A DNA stretch of 64,000 bases from an uncultured bacterium. GTDB taxonomy: Bacteria; Verrucomicrobiota; Verrucomicrobiia; Limisphaerales; UBA8199. The notes under the pieces were generated by a model, which worked only from the letters and a program-made list of their open reading frames with translations, was not told the DNA's origin and searched no databases. The translations under genes and the position numbers were made by a program. The DNA is taken from positions 384,001 to 448,000 of the forward strand of contig CAVVMW010000010.1 of assembly GCA_963749495.1 (NCBI GenBank). Direction: 5' to 3'. How positions within the stretch are numbered: position 1 is the first letter of the stretch; each line of letters begins with the position of its first letter. This document shows positions 43,201-54,679 of the stretch, piece after piece.

Positions 43201-43619
43201 CATTGGCCCCCTGCCGCGTCCTGGTGAGGTGCGTCGCCTGCCGGGTGGCCCGGCTGTCAATGAAGGCCTTCATCGGGGTGGTGCAACATCCCCCGCACAT
43301 CCTCCCCCGCGCCTTGGCTGGCAAGATGGCGAATGCTCACGGCAGGCATTGGCTCCCGTTGGGCCTGCACCCCCGGATGCGCGGCTCCCCTTCGGAACAG
43401 AAGGAAACGAAGGGAACGAAGGCCAATTATTTTACCCGTCTTCGTACATACGTACCGTGGGCATCCTCGTAGCACCTTTGTCACCTTCGTTTCCTTCTGT
43501 TGTTTATGGGTGGGGACGGGCATCAGGGAAGGAGCACCGCCTCGCTGGGAGCAGGTAGGTTTGGTTTTCATCTGACCTTATAGCCCAAGGCGAACGCGGA
43601 GAGTGTTGAAGGCATGAGA

Positions 43620-45094
43620 TTATTGTTGGCTCAAGCGGAAAAACAAATTCCCCGACGGCGATGCGACGGTCATGAAACTATTCGTCCCGTCATTGGAAAT
43701 ACCGCTGCTCGGCACCCAGTTCGTCGCGCCTAAGTCCGGATTTTGCTGCAAGGTCCAGCCCGTCGAAGGATACGGCCAGGAAATCCTCAGACTGTTCCCT
43801 GAACGCGCGAGGGTCAACGGGGGCGCGGGCGCCGCATTGGCGGCAGCCTGGCTTGGGTCCGTCAGCCGCCCCATGAAGAGCAGGCTGCCCGAGGGGGTAT
43901 CGCGAATGAAAAAGAGGAACGGATGATCGGCCCGGAAGACCGGAGGGCGATCGTCAAGCCCGCCACCGCCACCCTGAGCGCCGCCCCCGACGACGACCGT
44001 TGCCGCAGCCGCTTCTGTGCCCGCTTCGTTCACTTGGCCCCACGCCTTATGGAAGACATGGCTAATGAAGAGATCCTTCGTCCCGTCTATTCCGGAAAAG
44101 TCGGCCACTCTCGGAGTGAAGGCATCCGGCATGCCCATTGCCGCCAGCGTGTTGGTCAGCTCTAAGGAGGACTCCAGTGCGAACCTGGGCAGGAAGATTT
44201 CAACATACTGCTCTGTCATTTGCGCGAGCACGTTCGAAAGGAACGCGGGAGAAAGCTGCTGCTCCAGTTGCCCCAGGCCATCAACTTGCCACGGCAGCAG
44301 TATTACCATCGAAACCTGGTTGCTCCCGTAGGGCAGCTCGATTGCCTGGAAATCACCGGTCTCCATGTAATTGAATTCTTACCCGCGAATCTATTGCCAC
44401 TTTCGACCGTTGCCGGCGCGAGCTGGTGCATGAGTGGCGCTTCCACCTGGTTGGTGCTGGAGAGATAGAACGGCTGGGTCGAAGTGTTGGTTTGCGCGAA
44501 CGCCTCGGTCCAGGCGCCCAGGAAGTATATGGCGTTAGCCAGCACCAGCCGGGTGTTGTGGTCCAGGCTGCCCGGCGGCAGAATGTTCTGGATCTTGTTC
44601 TGGGTCTCTTGCGCCACCCAATTGTTGATCGTCTGCCTTGCCGCGTCGGCTGAGGTGATGAAGTCAGCCTGGTTGACGCTGGCCTGGTATTGGTTGGTGG
44701 CGGTTGCCAGAAACGCGGGCAGGAAAGGATAGCCCTGCTGGGTCCACAGCGCATTGGCGATGTTCAGCTCGATTGCGTTCGTCTCCTGGCTCGCGTTGAG
44801 TTCACCCTGCAGTTCACCGAAGAGCGAGGCGAATTGTGCCTGGTTCGTGTCGAAACCGAGGACCTGGGCCATTTGCTGCTCCGTGTTGCCACTTGCGCCC
44901 GCGTAGGTCATCGCCAGACAGGTGGAGATGCTGTAGGGGGAGAAGAAAAGGTTGCCCGCGTTGGTCGCCAGTTGCGCGTAAAGGTTCAGGGCAAAAGCCG
45001 TGTTGCTGGCGACGAGGGATTCGACCTGGGCGTTAACGGCCATCGGCGCCGAGACACTGATGAGGCCCCAAAGGGCGAAAAGGGCTTGTTTCAT
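43620..45094 (-). CDS. Secreted serpin with C-terminal FFRL domain (frameshift at ~44390)
   Basis: NLFFSPYSIS, LVLANAIYFLGAW, hinge NEAGTEAAAAT, FRADHPFLFFIRD. Confidence 0.9.
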
Positions 45095-45307
45095 GTATTT
45101 CTTTTTTAGCGGCCGCCGCCGGCCTGGATTTCCTCGCGCAGCCACGTCTTGGCGAAGGTCCGCATCCGCTCGGCACTGCGCGAGGGCGGGCCGCGCGGCT
45201 CGGCGGCTTCCTGGTTCCGCCGGCTCACCTATAATTGAGTCTCCCAGCCTTCACCCGCGGAGTGCCACGTTCCCAACATCAGGCGGGGAAACCACCATTA
45301 TTAGACA

Positions 45308-46730
45308 TCAAAATCGCTCAACGCGCAACTCGGCGAGGAGCTTCACGGCGGCTTCGACGAGTTTTTCGCCGGACCCGGCGCCGCAGCGGGCGCTCTCGGG
45401 TTCGTAGTTCCCTTCGGCGTAACTCCGGCGGTCGGGGACGTAGCCGACGCTCTCGTTGGCCAACTCGACCAGGAAGGTGTGCGGAAAGGGTGAGCGTTTC
45501 TTGATCGCCAGCCCAAGTTCCACGAAGATTTCGCCCGGCAAGCTTACCCAGGCAACGTCCTTGCCCAGAGCGATCACCTGGACTTCGACGCGGTAGGGCT
45601 TGCCCCCGCGGGCAGCGACCTCCTGCACACGCAGGGAACGCACCAGCTTCATGAAGTTGCCGCCGCGGTCGTCCTTTGTCGCGGCCAGGGTTTGCTTTGC
45701 CTCCTCGAGCTGCGCCGGCGAGACCTCGGGCAGCCCGAGCTCGACCGACGCCGACTTGGCGCGCAGCGGGCCGGCGGCGACCGGCTCGAAGATGCTTGTA
45801 GGCCTGGAAGACCGAGGCGCCGAGAATGGTGGCGATGCGATGCTGTTCGATGGCCGTGCCTTGGGGCCAGTGCCATGAGGTGTCGAGGTGGTTGAGGTTG
45901 CCGCACGTGCCGTTGGCCACCAGCGTGACATGGTTCGTGCCGTGATAGCCCGCCAGCACGCGCCCGAGCGCCCCCGGCCAATCCGCGGTGATCTTGCTGC
46001 CGCCGCAAGTGTCCGGGTGCATGGCGAAGTTCACGTAGGTCGCGATGGACTGCGTCGGGCCGGCGGCGCCAGGCTTCTCGATATAGAGAAGGCTGACTTC
46101 GGGATCGCTCGGCAGGCGGGCATGACGATGTTCTGGGTTCTGTTTGCCGGGGTTCCAACCAACGCTGCCATCGCGCATGAAATAACGGCGGTTGAAGGTC
46201 AAGTCCTCGCAACGGCCCTTGGCCACGCCGAGTTGCGCGGGTTGGAGCCGCTGGTTCGCCAACTGCACGCTCTCGGCTATCTTCCCTGGCAGCGCCTCGG
46301 AGTAGTCCGCGACGAGCCGCCTCGGCCCCGCGAGGCCGGAAGCGGACTCCCCCGGGTTGGCGAGTTCCGGTCCCGTGTGGGCGTGAGTGGCGCTGATCAT
46401 GATGCAGCTCGCCTCGATGCCGGTGGTCTCCTGAATGGCCGCTCGGGCTTGATCGGTGATTCCGCGCTGGATGCCAATGAGGTCCAGCACGACCAACGCG
46501 GCGCGCTCGCCGCCGGACTCGATGACCAGTGCCTTGCTGTAAAGCGGGTCGAGCACGCCATCGGCGCCGCGCTCGTGGTAATAGCCCGCCATCGGAATGC
46601 CCATCGGTGGAGTGATGTCAATCACGCCCACACCGACGCGGACTTCGGCGGCCGGGCTTTGAGATGAAAGGGCGCACCACAGGGCTGTGGTCGCCAGCAT
46701 GAGAATTAAGTTTTCACTTCGCATAGGCAT
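45308..46730 (-). CDS. Neutral/alkaline ceramidase-family hydrolase (frameshift at ~45785)
   Basis: DITPP.G.PMAGY, SATHAHTGP, NFAMHPD, LPGEIFVELG, ELANESVGYVP. Confidence 0.85.
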
Positions 46731-46748
46731 TGGGGCGTTGGGGTCAGG

Positions 46749-46863
46749 TGTGGGGCAGACCTCTGGTCTGCCAGTTCACGGAGCCTCCGGCTCCGTGGCT
46801 CTGGCAGCCGCGAGACTCGGGGCCAGAGGCCCCTCCAACCGGCAGACCGGAGGTCTGCCCCAC
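46749..46863. repeat. REP core of family B without TIR shell
   Basis: Near-identical to 24687-24801 and 63138-63251. Confidence 0.88.
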
Positions 46864-46878
46864 GTCTGAGCGATTGCC

Positions 46879-48174
46879 TCACTTCGCATAGGCTCGGATG
46901 ACTTTCTTTAGCGCTGCCCCGATCTGTTCGCAATGCTGCGGCTCGTAGGTCGGGAAGGCGAAACACGTGAAAGTGTGCCTCTGATGCCAGAGGGCGTTGG
47001 GCACCTCGGTCTTCGAATAGTCCGCGCTGGCCGGGTCCGCGTACTCTTTGGACTTGAAGGGGAACCCGGACCGGCCAAAGGCGTTGTGCTCGCGGAAAGC
47101 GCGCTCGGTGTGGCATTGCGGCCAGAAGACCTTCCAGCAGGGCGCGCCCTCCGCGCCCGCAGCCTTCACAAACTGGTCGATGTCGCAGCGCATGTTCTCG
47201 ATGTCGAGCGAGAAGGCCAGGACGTACCAGCCGTTCTGCCGCTCGGGCGTGTCAATGGGGCGGAACTTGACCAGGGGTTCGTCCTGCAGCGCGTCGATGA
47301 TGATCCGGGCGTTGCGGCGGCGGCGCGGGAGGTTCCAGGTGTCCAGGCGGTCCAACTCGGCCAGGCCGATGGCCGACTGCATCTCGGTCAGGCGATAGTT
47401 CCAGCCAACCCGCTCGTGGATGTACGACAGCTTCTGCTCCAACTCCAGCAGGTTGAGGCGGTCCTTCACGTCATAGCCGTGGTCACGGAAACTGCGCGCG
47501 GCCCAAGCCAGGTCTTCGTTGTCCGTGGTGACCATCCCGCCTTCGCCCCCGGTGGTGAAGGTCTTGTTCTGACAGAAACTGCAGCCCGCGATGTCGCCCA
47601 ACGTCCCGGTCTTTTTCCCTTTGTAGCAACCGCCGACCGCCTCGGCGTTGTCCTCAACCACGAAGAGCCTGTGCTTGCGCGCGAAGGCGGCGACGCACTC
47701 CATGTCGCAGACGTTGCCGTAGAGGTGGACCGGCATGATGGCCTTCGTGCGAGGGGTGACCAGTCTCTCCGCGGACTCGACGCTGAGGCAATGGTCTTCC
47801 AGGTTGACATCAGCGAAACGGGGGACGGCGCCGGCCTGAACGACCGCGAAGCTCGTCGCGATGAAGGTGTAGCTCGGCACGATCACCTCGTCGCCCGGTC
47901 CAATGCCCAGGGCGGTGAGGCCGACGTGCAACGCAGCCGTGCCGGTGGCGACGCTGATGGCGTAACGACTGCCCTGCCACGCGGCGAACCGCCGCTCGAA
48001 CTCCATGCCGCGCGGGCCGGTCCAGTAGTTCACCTTGCCGGAACGCAGCACCTGTTCCACGGACCGGATGGCGTCCTCGCTAAAGGCCGGCCAGTGTGGC
48101 AGAGGGGACGACACGGCTTTGGGTCCGCCGTGCAGCGCCAGTTTCTGGGAGACGATGGATTCAATGGTTGTCAT
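46879..48174 (-). CDS. DegT/DnrJ/EryC1/StrS PLP aminotransferase
   Basis: GTAALH, PVHLYG, EDNAEA, SFCQNKTFTTGGEGG. Confidence 0.92.
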   Translation of the reverse strand: MTTIESIVSQKLALHGGPKAVSSPLPHWPAFSEDAIRSVEQVLRSGKVNYWTGPRGMEFERRFAAWQGSRYAISVATGTAALHVGLTALGIGPGDEVIVPSYTFIATSFAVVQAGAVPRFADVNLEDHCLSVESAERLVTPRTKAIMPVHLYGNVCDMECVAAFARKHRLFVVEDNAEAVGGCYKGKKTGTLGDIAGCSFCQNKTFTTGGEGGMVTTDNEDLAWAARSFRDHGYDVKDRLNLLELEQKLSYIHERVGWNYRLTEMQSAIGLAELDRLDTWNLPRRRRNARIIIDALQDEPLVKFRPIDTPERQNGWYVLAFSLDIENMRCDIDQFVKAAGAEGAPCWKVFWPQCHTERAFREHNAFGRSGFPFKSKEYADPASADYSKTEVPNALWHQRHTFTCFAFPTYEPQHCEQIGAALKKVIRAYAK

Positions 48175-48289
48175 GTCCGGCGTGGAGCGCGCTTGTGCAG
48201 ACTGATCATGTCCCGGAGGCTAACAGAACCAGCAGAGGAAACAACTGTTGAATGAAGACAGAATGGCCTGAGACAGAATGCTCTGGATC

Positions 48290-48815
48290 GGAGGGTATCC
48301 GTGCACCGCGGAGCGGTGCCTGACGGTAGCCGTGGACTTCAGTCCTTGTCTTTACCCACATCTCCTGAGCGGTCATATCAGTTCCCCTTTTGAGCAGGCG
48401 GGAGAAAGGCCTGAGGAGCAGGCCAGTTTTAGCCGCCAAAGGCGCCCTTGATACCAGCCGGCGGCAACGCCCGGCCAACCCGGAGGGTTGGCAGAAGGTA
48501 GCCGGGGGTCGCCGTCCAGCGGCGACCCCCGGTTGAGGGCGTCGGTGGCCCTGCACCCCGGCGGGGTGCCAGAAGAGCACACGTTCGCGGCGGGCGCCTT
48601 GTGGCATCCCTCCGGGATGCAATCCCTTGCCGTCGCGGCACCGGGGGTCTCGCGACGCTTCGACCCCCGGCTACCTTCTGGCATCCCTCCGGGATGAGAA
48701 ATGTGCTTCGGAGATCCGTAACGCCCATCAGATCCGCTTCATGAGGGCACCCGACGATGTGGGTAACGACAAGGACCGAGGTCCACGGCTACCTTCGGAT
48801 CATCGCTACGCGATG
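48290..48815. repeat. Nested palindromic/MITE cluster
   Basis: IR ccttgtctttacccacatc (48344) / gatgtgggtaacgacaagg (48756) inside ggtagccgtggac...gtccacggctacc, enclosing a further ggcagaaggtagccgggggtcg...cgacccccggctaccttctggc palindrome. Confidence 0.75.
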
Positions 48816-48957
48816 AGCCGAACCGGACCAGTGCCTAGGCTTTTAGAGACAATATCCTTCCACCACAATCGCGAATCGAATGGCGCGAAGAATTCTGTCT
48901 CACACCCAAAACAAAAATCGGTTGTGCGGCGTTCCGCGTCGGTTCATGCTTGGCCCA

Positions 48958-50903
48958 TGAATAACTCACTTCTACCCAGCCCGACCCGGTGTGGCATCCT
49001 GGCGGCAGCACTCCTGGCGCTCGTTGCCCTGCCTGCTCCTGCCGCGATGGAGTTCGACGCGGCACGCCTGGATGAGATTGCCGCCCGCTTGCCGCCCAAA
49101 CCGGTGGGTCTTGGCCGGCCGATCTCGGATTGGGCGGCCTGGGACAGGCTTGCCCATACGGCGGCGTTTGGCCGGGTCGTGTCGAGGGCCCAATCGCTGG
49201 CCCGGGAACCGGCGCCGCCCCTGCCGGATGACCTTTATTTGGATTACTCCAGGACCGGGAATCGCGGCCGCTGCGAAAGGGTGCTGTCCGAGCGCAGCCG
49301 GCGGCTCACGACGTTCACCCTGGCCGAGTGCCTGGAGAACCAAGGCCGGTTCCTCGGTCCGCTCAGCGACACCATCGGGGCGATTTGCCAGGAGCGCACT
49401 TGGGTCTATCCCGCGCACGACGGGAAGCTCGACAATTTCTACGGCCGAACGATGGAGATGGACCTGCGGGCCACGGCGCTCGCCTGGGAGTTAGCCACCG
49501 CCGACTACCTGCTGGGCGAGCGGCTTGCGCCAGAGCCAAGGGGCTTGCTTCGCACTAACGTCGAGCGCCGGGTGCTGCAACCGTTCCGTGAAATGGTCGA
49601 AGGGCGCCAGAAAGAGATCTACTGGCTCCGGGTGGAGAATAATTGGAATGCAGTGTGCCTGAGCGGCGTCACCGGGGCTGCGCTGGCGCTGGAGGAGCCG
49701 CCGCAGGAACGGGCGCGCTTTGTTGCCGCCGCGCAGCACTACATCCAGTTCTTTTTGCGCAGCTTTACCCCGGACGGCTACTGCGCCGAGGGCGTGGGCT
49801 ACTGGAACTACGGCTTTGGCCATTTTCTTATGCTGGGCGAAACCGTCCGCCAGGCGAGCGGGGGCGGCATCGATTTGCTCGCGGACCCCGCCGCCATCCA
49901 GCCCGCCCTTTTCTGCACTCGCGCGGAAATCCTCGGGGGCATTTATCCGACCATCTCGGACTGCCATCCTGGTGAGCGGCCGGACCCGCGATGGGTGCGC
50001 TTCATCCGCGAGCGCTTTGGAGAAGGGGCGCCGGGCGGAAACGCTGCCGAGCTGGCAGGCCCTCGCGACGGCCTTGCGGCCACGATGCTGTTGTCGTTCC
50101 TGCCGTTGCCACTCCCGCCTGTGCCGCACCCGGCTATCGCGCCTGAGTCGCCGATGCGGACTTGGTTTAAGGACGGCGGCGTGCTCATCTGCCGCCCGGC
50201 GCCTGGCTCGGCGACTCCGTTTGCCGCCGTGCTCAAGGGCGGGCACAACGCGGAACCCCATAACCACAACGATGTCGGCAGCTTCAGCATCATCGCCGGC
50301 AAGGCCATGGTAATCTGCGATCCGGGTGCGGAGATCTACACGGCCCGGACCTTTAGCGCACATCGTTACGACAGCAAAGTGCTCAACTCCTATGGTCATG
50401 CCGTTCCGGTGGTGGCCGGCCAGTTGCAGCAGCCGGGCGCCGAGGCGAAGGCGGTTGTGCTTCGCTCCGATTTCAGCGACGCCGAGGATGCACTGGGCCT
50501 GGACATCCGTTCGGCATACGCCGTGCCTGAACTCGAACGGCTTGACCGCACTTTTGTGTTCCGCCGGACGGCACCCGCAGGGCTCACCGTGCGCGACGAG
50601 GTTGCGTTCGACGAACCGAAGAGCTTTGAGACGGCCCTGGTGACCTGGGGCGATTGGAAGAGGCTCTCCGAGAGCGAGTTGGTGATTTCCGATGACGGCG
50701 GGGCGGTTCGCGTCCGGATCGAAACCGGTGGGATCCCGTTCCAGGTGCGCTGGGAGAAGCTCGATGAGGATGTCCCGACCCCGAAGAAACCCATGCGGCT
50801 GGGCATTGCCTTGGACTCGCCAGTCAAGGCCGCCACGGTGACACTAACGATCCGGCCCGAAACCAGCCCGCTGCCGTCCAGCAACTCCGGCTCAAGCCGA
50901 TGA
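48958..50903 (+). CDS. Heparinase II/III-family polysaccharide lyase
   Basis: Signal peptide; NNWNAVC, DGYCAEGVGYWNYG, KGGHNAEPHNHNDVGSF. Confidence 0.88.
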
Positions 50904-50932
50904 ACCCGTGGCGGCGCCCTACAGCACCGGAG

Positions 50933-52375
50933 TCAGGATGACTTTGTCAATTCTGCCGCAGCGCAAGCAACGATGCGGTCGATTTCACGCGCGAGGGCCT
51001 CGTTGACAGGCGGGACGTGGTGTTTGGACAGGATGCGCCGGACCTCGATGAGGATGCGGTCGCGCATCGAGGCGCGCCCGCCCTGCTCCCAAGCGGTGTA
51101 GCCCTGGCGAGTCCAGGCGGGGCTCGGCGGCCAGAGTTCCCGGCGGAAATGTTCGACCGTGTGTTCCTCAGCCAGGAAGCTGCCCGGCCCCACAGCCTGG
51201 ATAACTTCGGTGGCCAGCGTGGCGGGGTTGATGTCAAAGCCTCGAGCGATTCGCTTCACATAAGCCAGAATTTCGTTATCGGCCAGAAGCCAGGCCAGGC
51301 AGCCGGCGTGGTCGGTCCCGCAGATACCCGCATGTCCGAACATGTCCGCCCCGGCTAGCGCGCCCAGGACCAGGGTGGCGGCCTTTTCCGCGCCGGCTTG
51401 AGCATCCAGCACCTTGGCGTCGGTGAGACCCACGTTGATATAGACCGGCAGGCCGTAGAACTTGCCCATTTGGACCATGCCCACAGCCATGAGCCCCTGT
51501 TCGGGCGAGCCAAAGGAGCAGATGCTCGTGCGGGGATCGAGTATGTGCGGGATGCCGCCGTATTTCATTGGCGTGCCCGGTCCCAGCAACTGGGTAACGA
51601 CCACCCCGGCAAGGATCTCGGCATTCTCCTGCGCCAGGGTGCCCGCCAAAGTCGCCGGCGCGGTGCCGGATGCCTGGGCCATTGGTCCCACGGACACCGG
51701 TTGGCCGGCGGCAACAAACTCCCGGAGCATTTCCAGGCCGTCTTTGGGCAGTTGCAGCGGGCTGATGGGCTCCAGGAAGGCCTCAGTCATGGGCCGTTCC
51801 CGGAGGGCCTTTTCGCCTCCGGCTACGGCGCGGTAGATTTCCAGGACATACCGCGCGGTCTTGCCGTTTTGGGTCCAGGCCATGGTCGGCTTGGTCGTGC
51901 CCTTGACCAATTCAGCGGTGAGGACCACTTCGCGGCACAGCTCACTGACCTCGGCCGGCTGTGCCATCGCCCCTACGAACGGGATATTGGGCAGGGCATC
52001 CGCGAGCCGGATGGCATCCCGGGCATCCTGCAGAGTAGCGGGACGCAAACGATCGGTCTCCAAGTCCAGCCAGCGATGCTGGCCGGGGCTGGACAAAAGC
52101 ACCATGTCGCCATAGCCAAACCGGGCCACCTGCTCAGGACCACGTCCGTGCAAGACATACTGCTTGCCGGCCCGGGCCAACGAATCCATCACCAGGGACT
52201 CGGTCAGGTGGACAATGGGGCGTGTCGATTCGACTCGCGCTCCGGCCTGGCCAAGCGCCTTCAGGACCTCGGGATGATGAATCATCACGCCCGTATCGCG
52301 CAGAATCTTCAGGCTGGCGTCGTGGATGGCTTGAACCTGCAATGCGCTCAATAAGGAGATGGATAGGGTCGGCAT
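50933..52375 (-). CDS. Trimethylamine methyltransferase (MttB) family, non-pyrrolysine
   Basis: IHDASLKIL..TG, PISPL, TAPATLAGTLAQENAEILAG, TDAKVLDAQAG, VGPGSFLAEEHT; no in-frame TAG. Confidence 0.9.
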   Translation of the reverse strand: MPTLSISLLSALQVQAIHDASLKILRDTGVMIHHPEVLKALGQAGARVESTRPIVHLTESLVMDSLARAGKQYVLHGRGPEQVARFGYGDMVLLSSPGQHRWLDLETDRLRPATLQDARDAIRLADALPNIPFVGAMAQPAEVSELCREVVLTAELVKGTTKPTMAWTQNGKTARYVLEIYRAVAGGEKALRERPMTEAFLEPISPLQLPKDGLEMLREFVAAGQPVSVGPMAQASGTAPATLAGTLAQENAEILAGVVVTQLLGPGTPMKYGGIPHILDPRTSICSFGSPEQGLMAVGMVQMGKFYGLPVYINVGLTDAKVLDAQAGAEKAATLVLGALAGADMFGHAGICGTDHAGCLAWLLADNEILAYVKRIARGFDINPATLATEVIQAVGPGSFLAEEHTVEHFRRELWPPSPAWTRQGYTAWEQGGRASMRDRILIEVRRILSKHHVPPVNEALAREIDRIVACAAAELTKSS

Positions 52376-52565
52376 GTTTGGGAATGACGAATGACGAATG
52401 ACGAACCGAAGGCCAGGGCTGCGCTTCGTGGCATGGTCAATCGTCAGTTGCAGGCGTGTGCTTTCGCTTTCATGGCGTTCCTCTTACCTGAGTCAGTTGT
52501 CGAATCGCAAGAAGAAAGCGCTTCTATCCTTGCCCTTTGCCCCGCGGCTGGCACAAGCTGCCGTC

Positions 52566-54452
52566 ATGAACCTGAATTCGCAAAACCGTTCTCTCGTTGC
52601 GTTGTCGCTGGCAGTTCTGGGTTTGTTCTTGGCCGTGCAGCAGACCGCCGGCTCCGTGGCTCAACGCGTGGTGTTCGATGGCGTAGAGTCCGAGCACAAG
52701 TGGGCCCTGAAGGAACTCGAGCCGGATTTGCCGGCTGACTGGACGGGCTGCGATTACCTGGTGCTCGAGATGAGGGCCTCCTCTCCGCAGCGTTTTGCCC
52801 TCACACTTTATAGCACCAACCTCACGCAGCGCCGGCAGATGCACCCGCTGCCCAACGTGTGGATCCGCGCGGCCGTGCCGTTGCAGTATTACCGGCGGCC
52901 GAACCGCACCGGCTTCGACCTCGCCTCGGTCGGCAAGGTCGCGCGGGATTCCTTCTGGATTGGCACCGGCGGGGTGTATGGGCCGCTCAACGCGGTGACC
53001 GCCATCGGCGTGAGCATGCAGGCGCCGCTCGGGCAGCCGACGCTCGAAATCCGGTCGGTCAGGCTGGCCAAGGAAGACCCAGGGTCCGGCATCCTCGACC
53101 AAAAGCCGGTGGTGGACGAGTTCGGCCAATGGATTCCGGCCGACTGGCCCGGCAAGGTGAAGAACCTCGCTCAACTCAAACAGGCTTGGGCTGCCGAGGA
53201 GGCGAGCCTGGGCGCGGGTGATTTTGGCTATTGCCCGTATGGCGGGTATCTCAACACGAAGGCGAAAGCAACCGGCTTCTTCCGTGTCGAGCAGGCAGAC
53301 GGGCGTTGGTGGTTTGTTGATCCCGACGGCCACCATTTTTTCTCCACGTCTTCCACTGGCATGAGCGGCCGCGGCGGGGATGCCCGCCTGCAGGGCCGCG
53401 AGGACTACTTCGCCGCGCTGCCGCCGGCGGACCCGACGGGCGGGCGCCGCTCGACGCCCAGCTTTTACGCCTGGAACCTGGCGCGCCGGCACGGGTCGGA
53501 GGCGCGCACAAACTGGATTGAGCTGGCGCTGCGCCGGCTCGACTCCTGGGGCCTGAACACCATCGGCAACTGGAGCGATCCCCGTCTTTGGGACACCCAC
53601 CGGAAGGCCTACCAGGTCAACCTGGGCGGCTGGAGCATGAGAACCGGTTACATGGGTTTGCCCGATGTCTATTCCGAGGAATTCCCCAAGACGGTGGACC
53701 GGGACGCGCAAACGCAATGCGCGCCCCGCAAGGATGATCCCTGGCTGCTGGGTTACTTCATCGCCAACGAACCGCCCTGGCCGGGCCGCGAATCGCTTGT
53801 CGTGGACCTCATCCTCGAGGGTCCGCCCAGCGCCATCCAGCGGGAAGCCAAGGCCTTTCTTGGCGCCGACGACACGCCGGAGCGGCGGAAACAGTTTATC
53901 TACCGCGCCTTCGAGAAATACCTCGAGGTGATCATTGCCGGCATCCGCCGCCACGACCCGAACCATCTGATCCTCGGCATCCGCTTCGGCGGCTCGCTGC
54001 CGCCCCCGGAGATGTTGCGCGCGTCCAAGGCATTCGATGTCTATAGCATGAACGTGTACGCCACCGAGGTGAATGTGAAGACGATGCAAGAGATTTACCG
54101 CGTCACCGGGCGGCCTATCCTCATCGGCGAGTTCCACTTTGGGGTTCCGGGCCGGGGCCTCGCAGCGGGTCTGGTGCAGGTGCGCGACCAGTCCGAACGC
54201 GGGGTGGCCTATCGCTACTATGTCGAACAAGCCGCCGCGTTTCCGGCCTTCATCGGCTCGAGCTGGTTTCAATGGGTGGATCAGCCCTGCACCGGCCGCA
54301 TGGACGGCGAGAACTACAACATCGGCCTGGTGGATGTCACCGACCAGCCCTATGGGGAGCTCATCGAGGCGATGCGCGCGACGCACCGCCGGCTCCAGGG
54401 TGTGCATGCCGGAACGCTCGCCCCTTTCGCCACAAAGCCGCGGGCGCAATGA
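52566..54452 (+). CDS. Secreted glycoside hydrolase, beta-agarase/GH50-like
   Basis: VDEFGQW, ATGFFRVE..DGRWWFVDPDG, WGLNTIGNWS, GYFIANE, GEFHFG, DGENYNIG. Confidence 0.82.
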   Translation: MNLNSQNRSLVALSLAVLGLFLAVQQTAGSVAQRVVFDGVESEHKWALKELEPDLPADWTGCDYLVLEMRASSPQRFALTLYSTNLTQRRQMHPLPNVWIRAAVPLQYYRRPNRTGFDLASVGKVARDSFWIGTGGVYGPLNAVTAIGVSMQAPLGQPTLEIRSVRLAKEDPGSGILDQKPVVDEFGQWIPADWPGKVKNLAQLKQAWAAEEASLGAGDFGYCPYGGYLNTKAKATGFFRVEQADGRWWFVDPDGHHFFSTSSTGMSGRGGDARLQGREDYFAALPPADPTGGRRSTPSFYAWNLARRHGSEARTNWIELALRRLDSWGLNTIGNWSDPRLWDTHRKAYQVNLGGWSMRTGYMGLPDVYSEEFPKTVDRDAQTQCAPRKDDPWLLGYFIANEPPWPGRESLVVDLILEGPPSAIQREAKAFLGADDTPERRKQFIYRAFEKYLEVIIAGIRRHDPNHLILGIRFGGSLPPPEMLRASKAFDVYSMNVYATEVNVKTMQEIYRVTGRPILIGEFHFGVPGRGLAAGLVQVRDQSERGVAYRYYVEQAAAFPAFIGSSWFQWVDQPCTGRMDGENYNIGLVDVTDQPYGELIEAMRATHRRLQGVHAGTLAPFATKPRAQ

Positions 54453-54679
54453 GGGGCGAAATAGCCCAGCCCAGGGCTTGGCGCCCCGTCGTCCCTCGTT
54501 CCGCCAGCCCCGCCCCCCCTTTGGGGGTCAGGAGCCGCTACACTGCTACAACCCCGGTAAATCCGGCTCTTTTTGACTCCAGGGCGCTACACGAGCCGTT
54601 ACAAGGTGTTACAACCTCGGCCGTGGTTTTTGCACAAGACCTTTTGGGACCCGGCAAGGGCGCTCGGAAGGTTAATGAA

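Noticed and set aside
48627..48957. N-terminal extension of the heparinase ORF
   Set aside because: Translated palindromic repeat DNA; the signal peptide begins at 48958.
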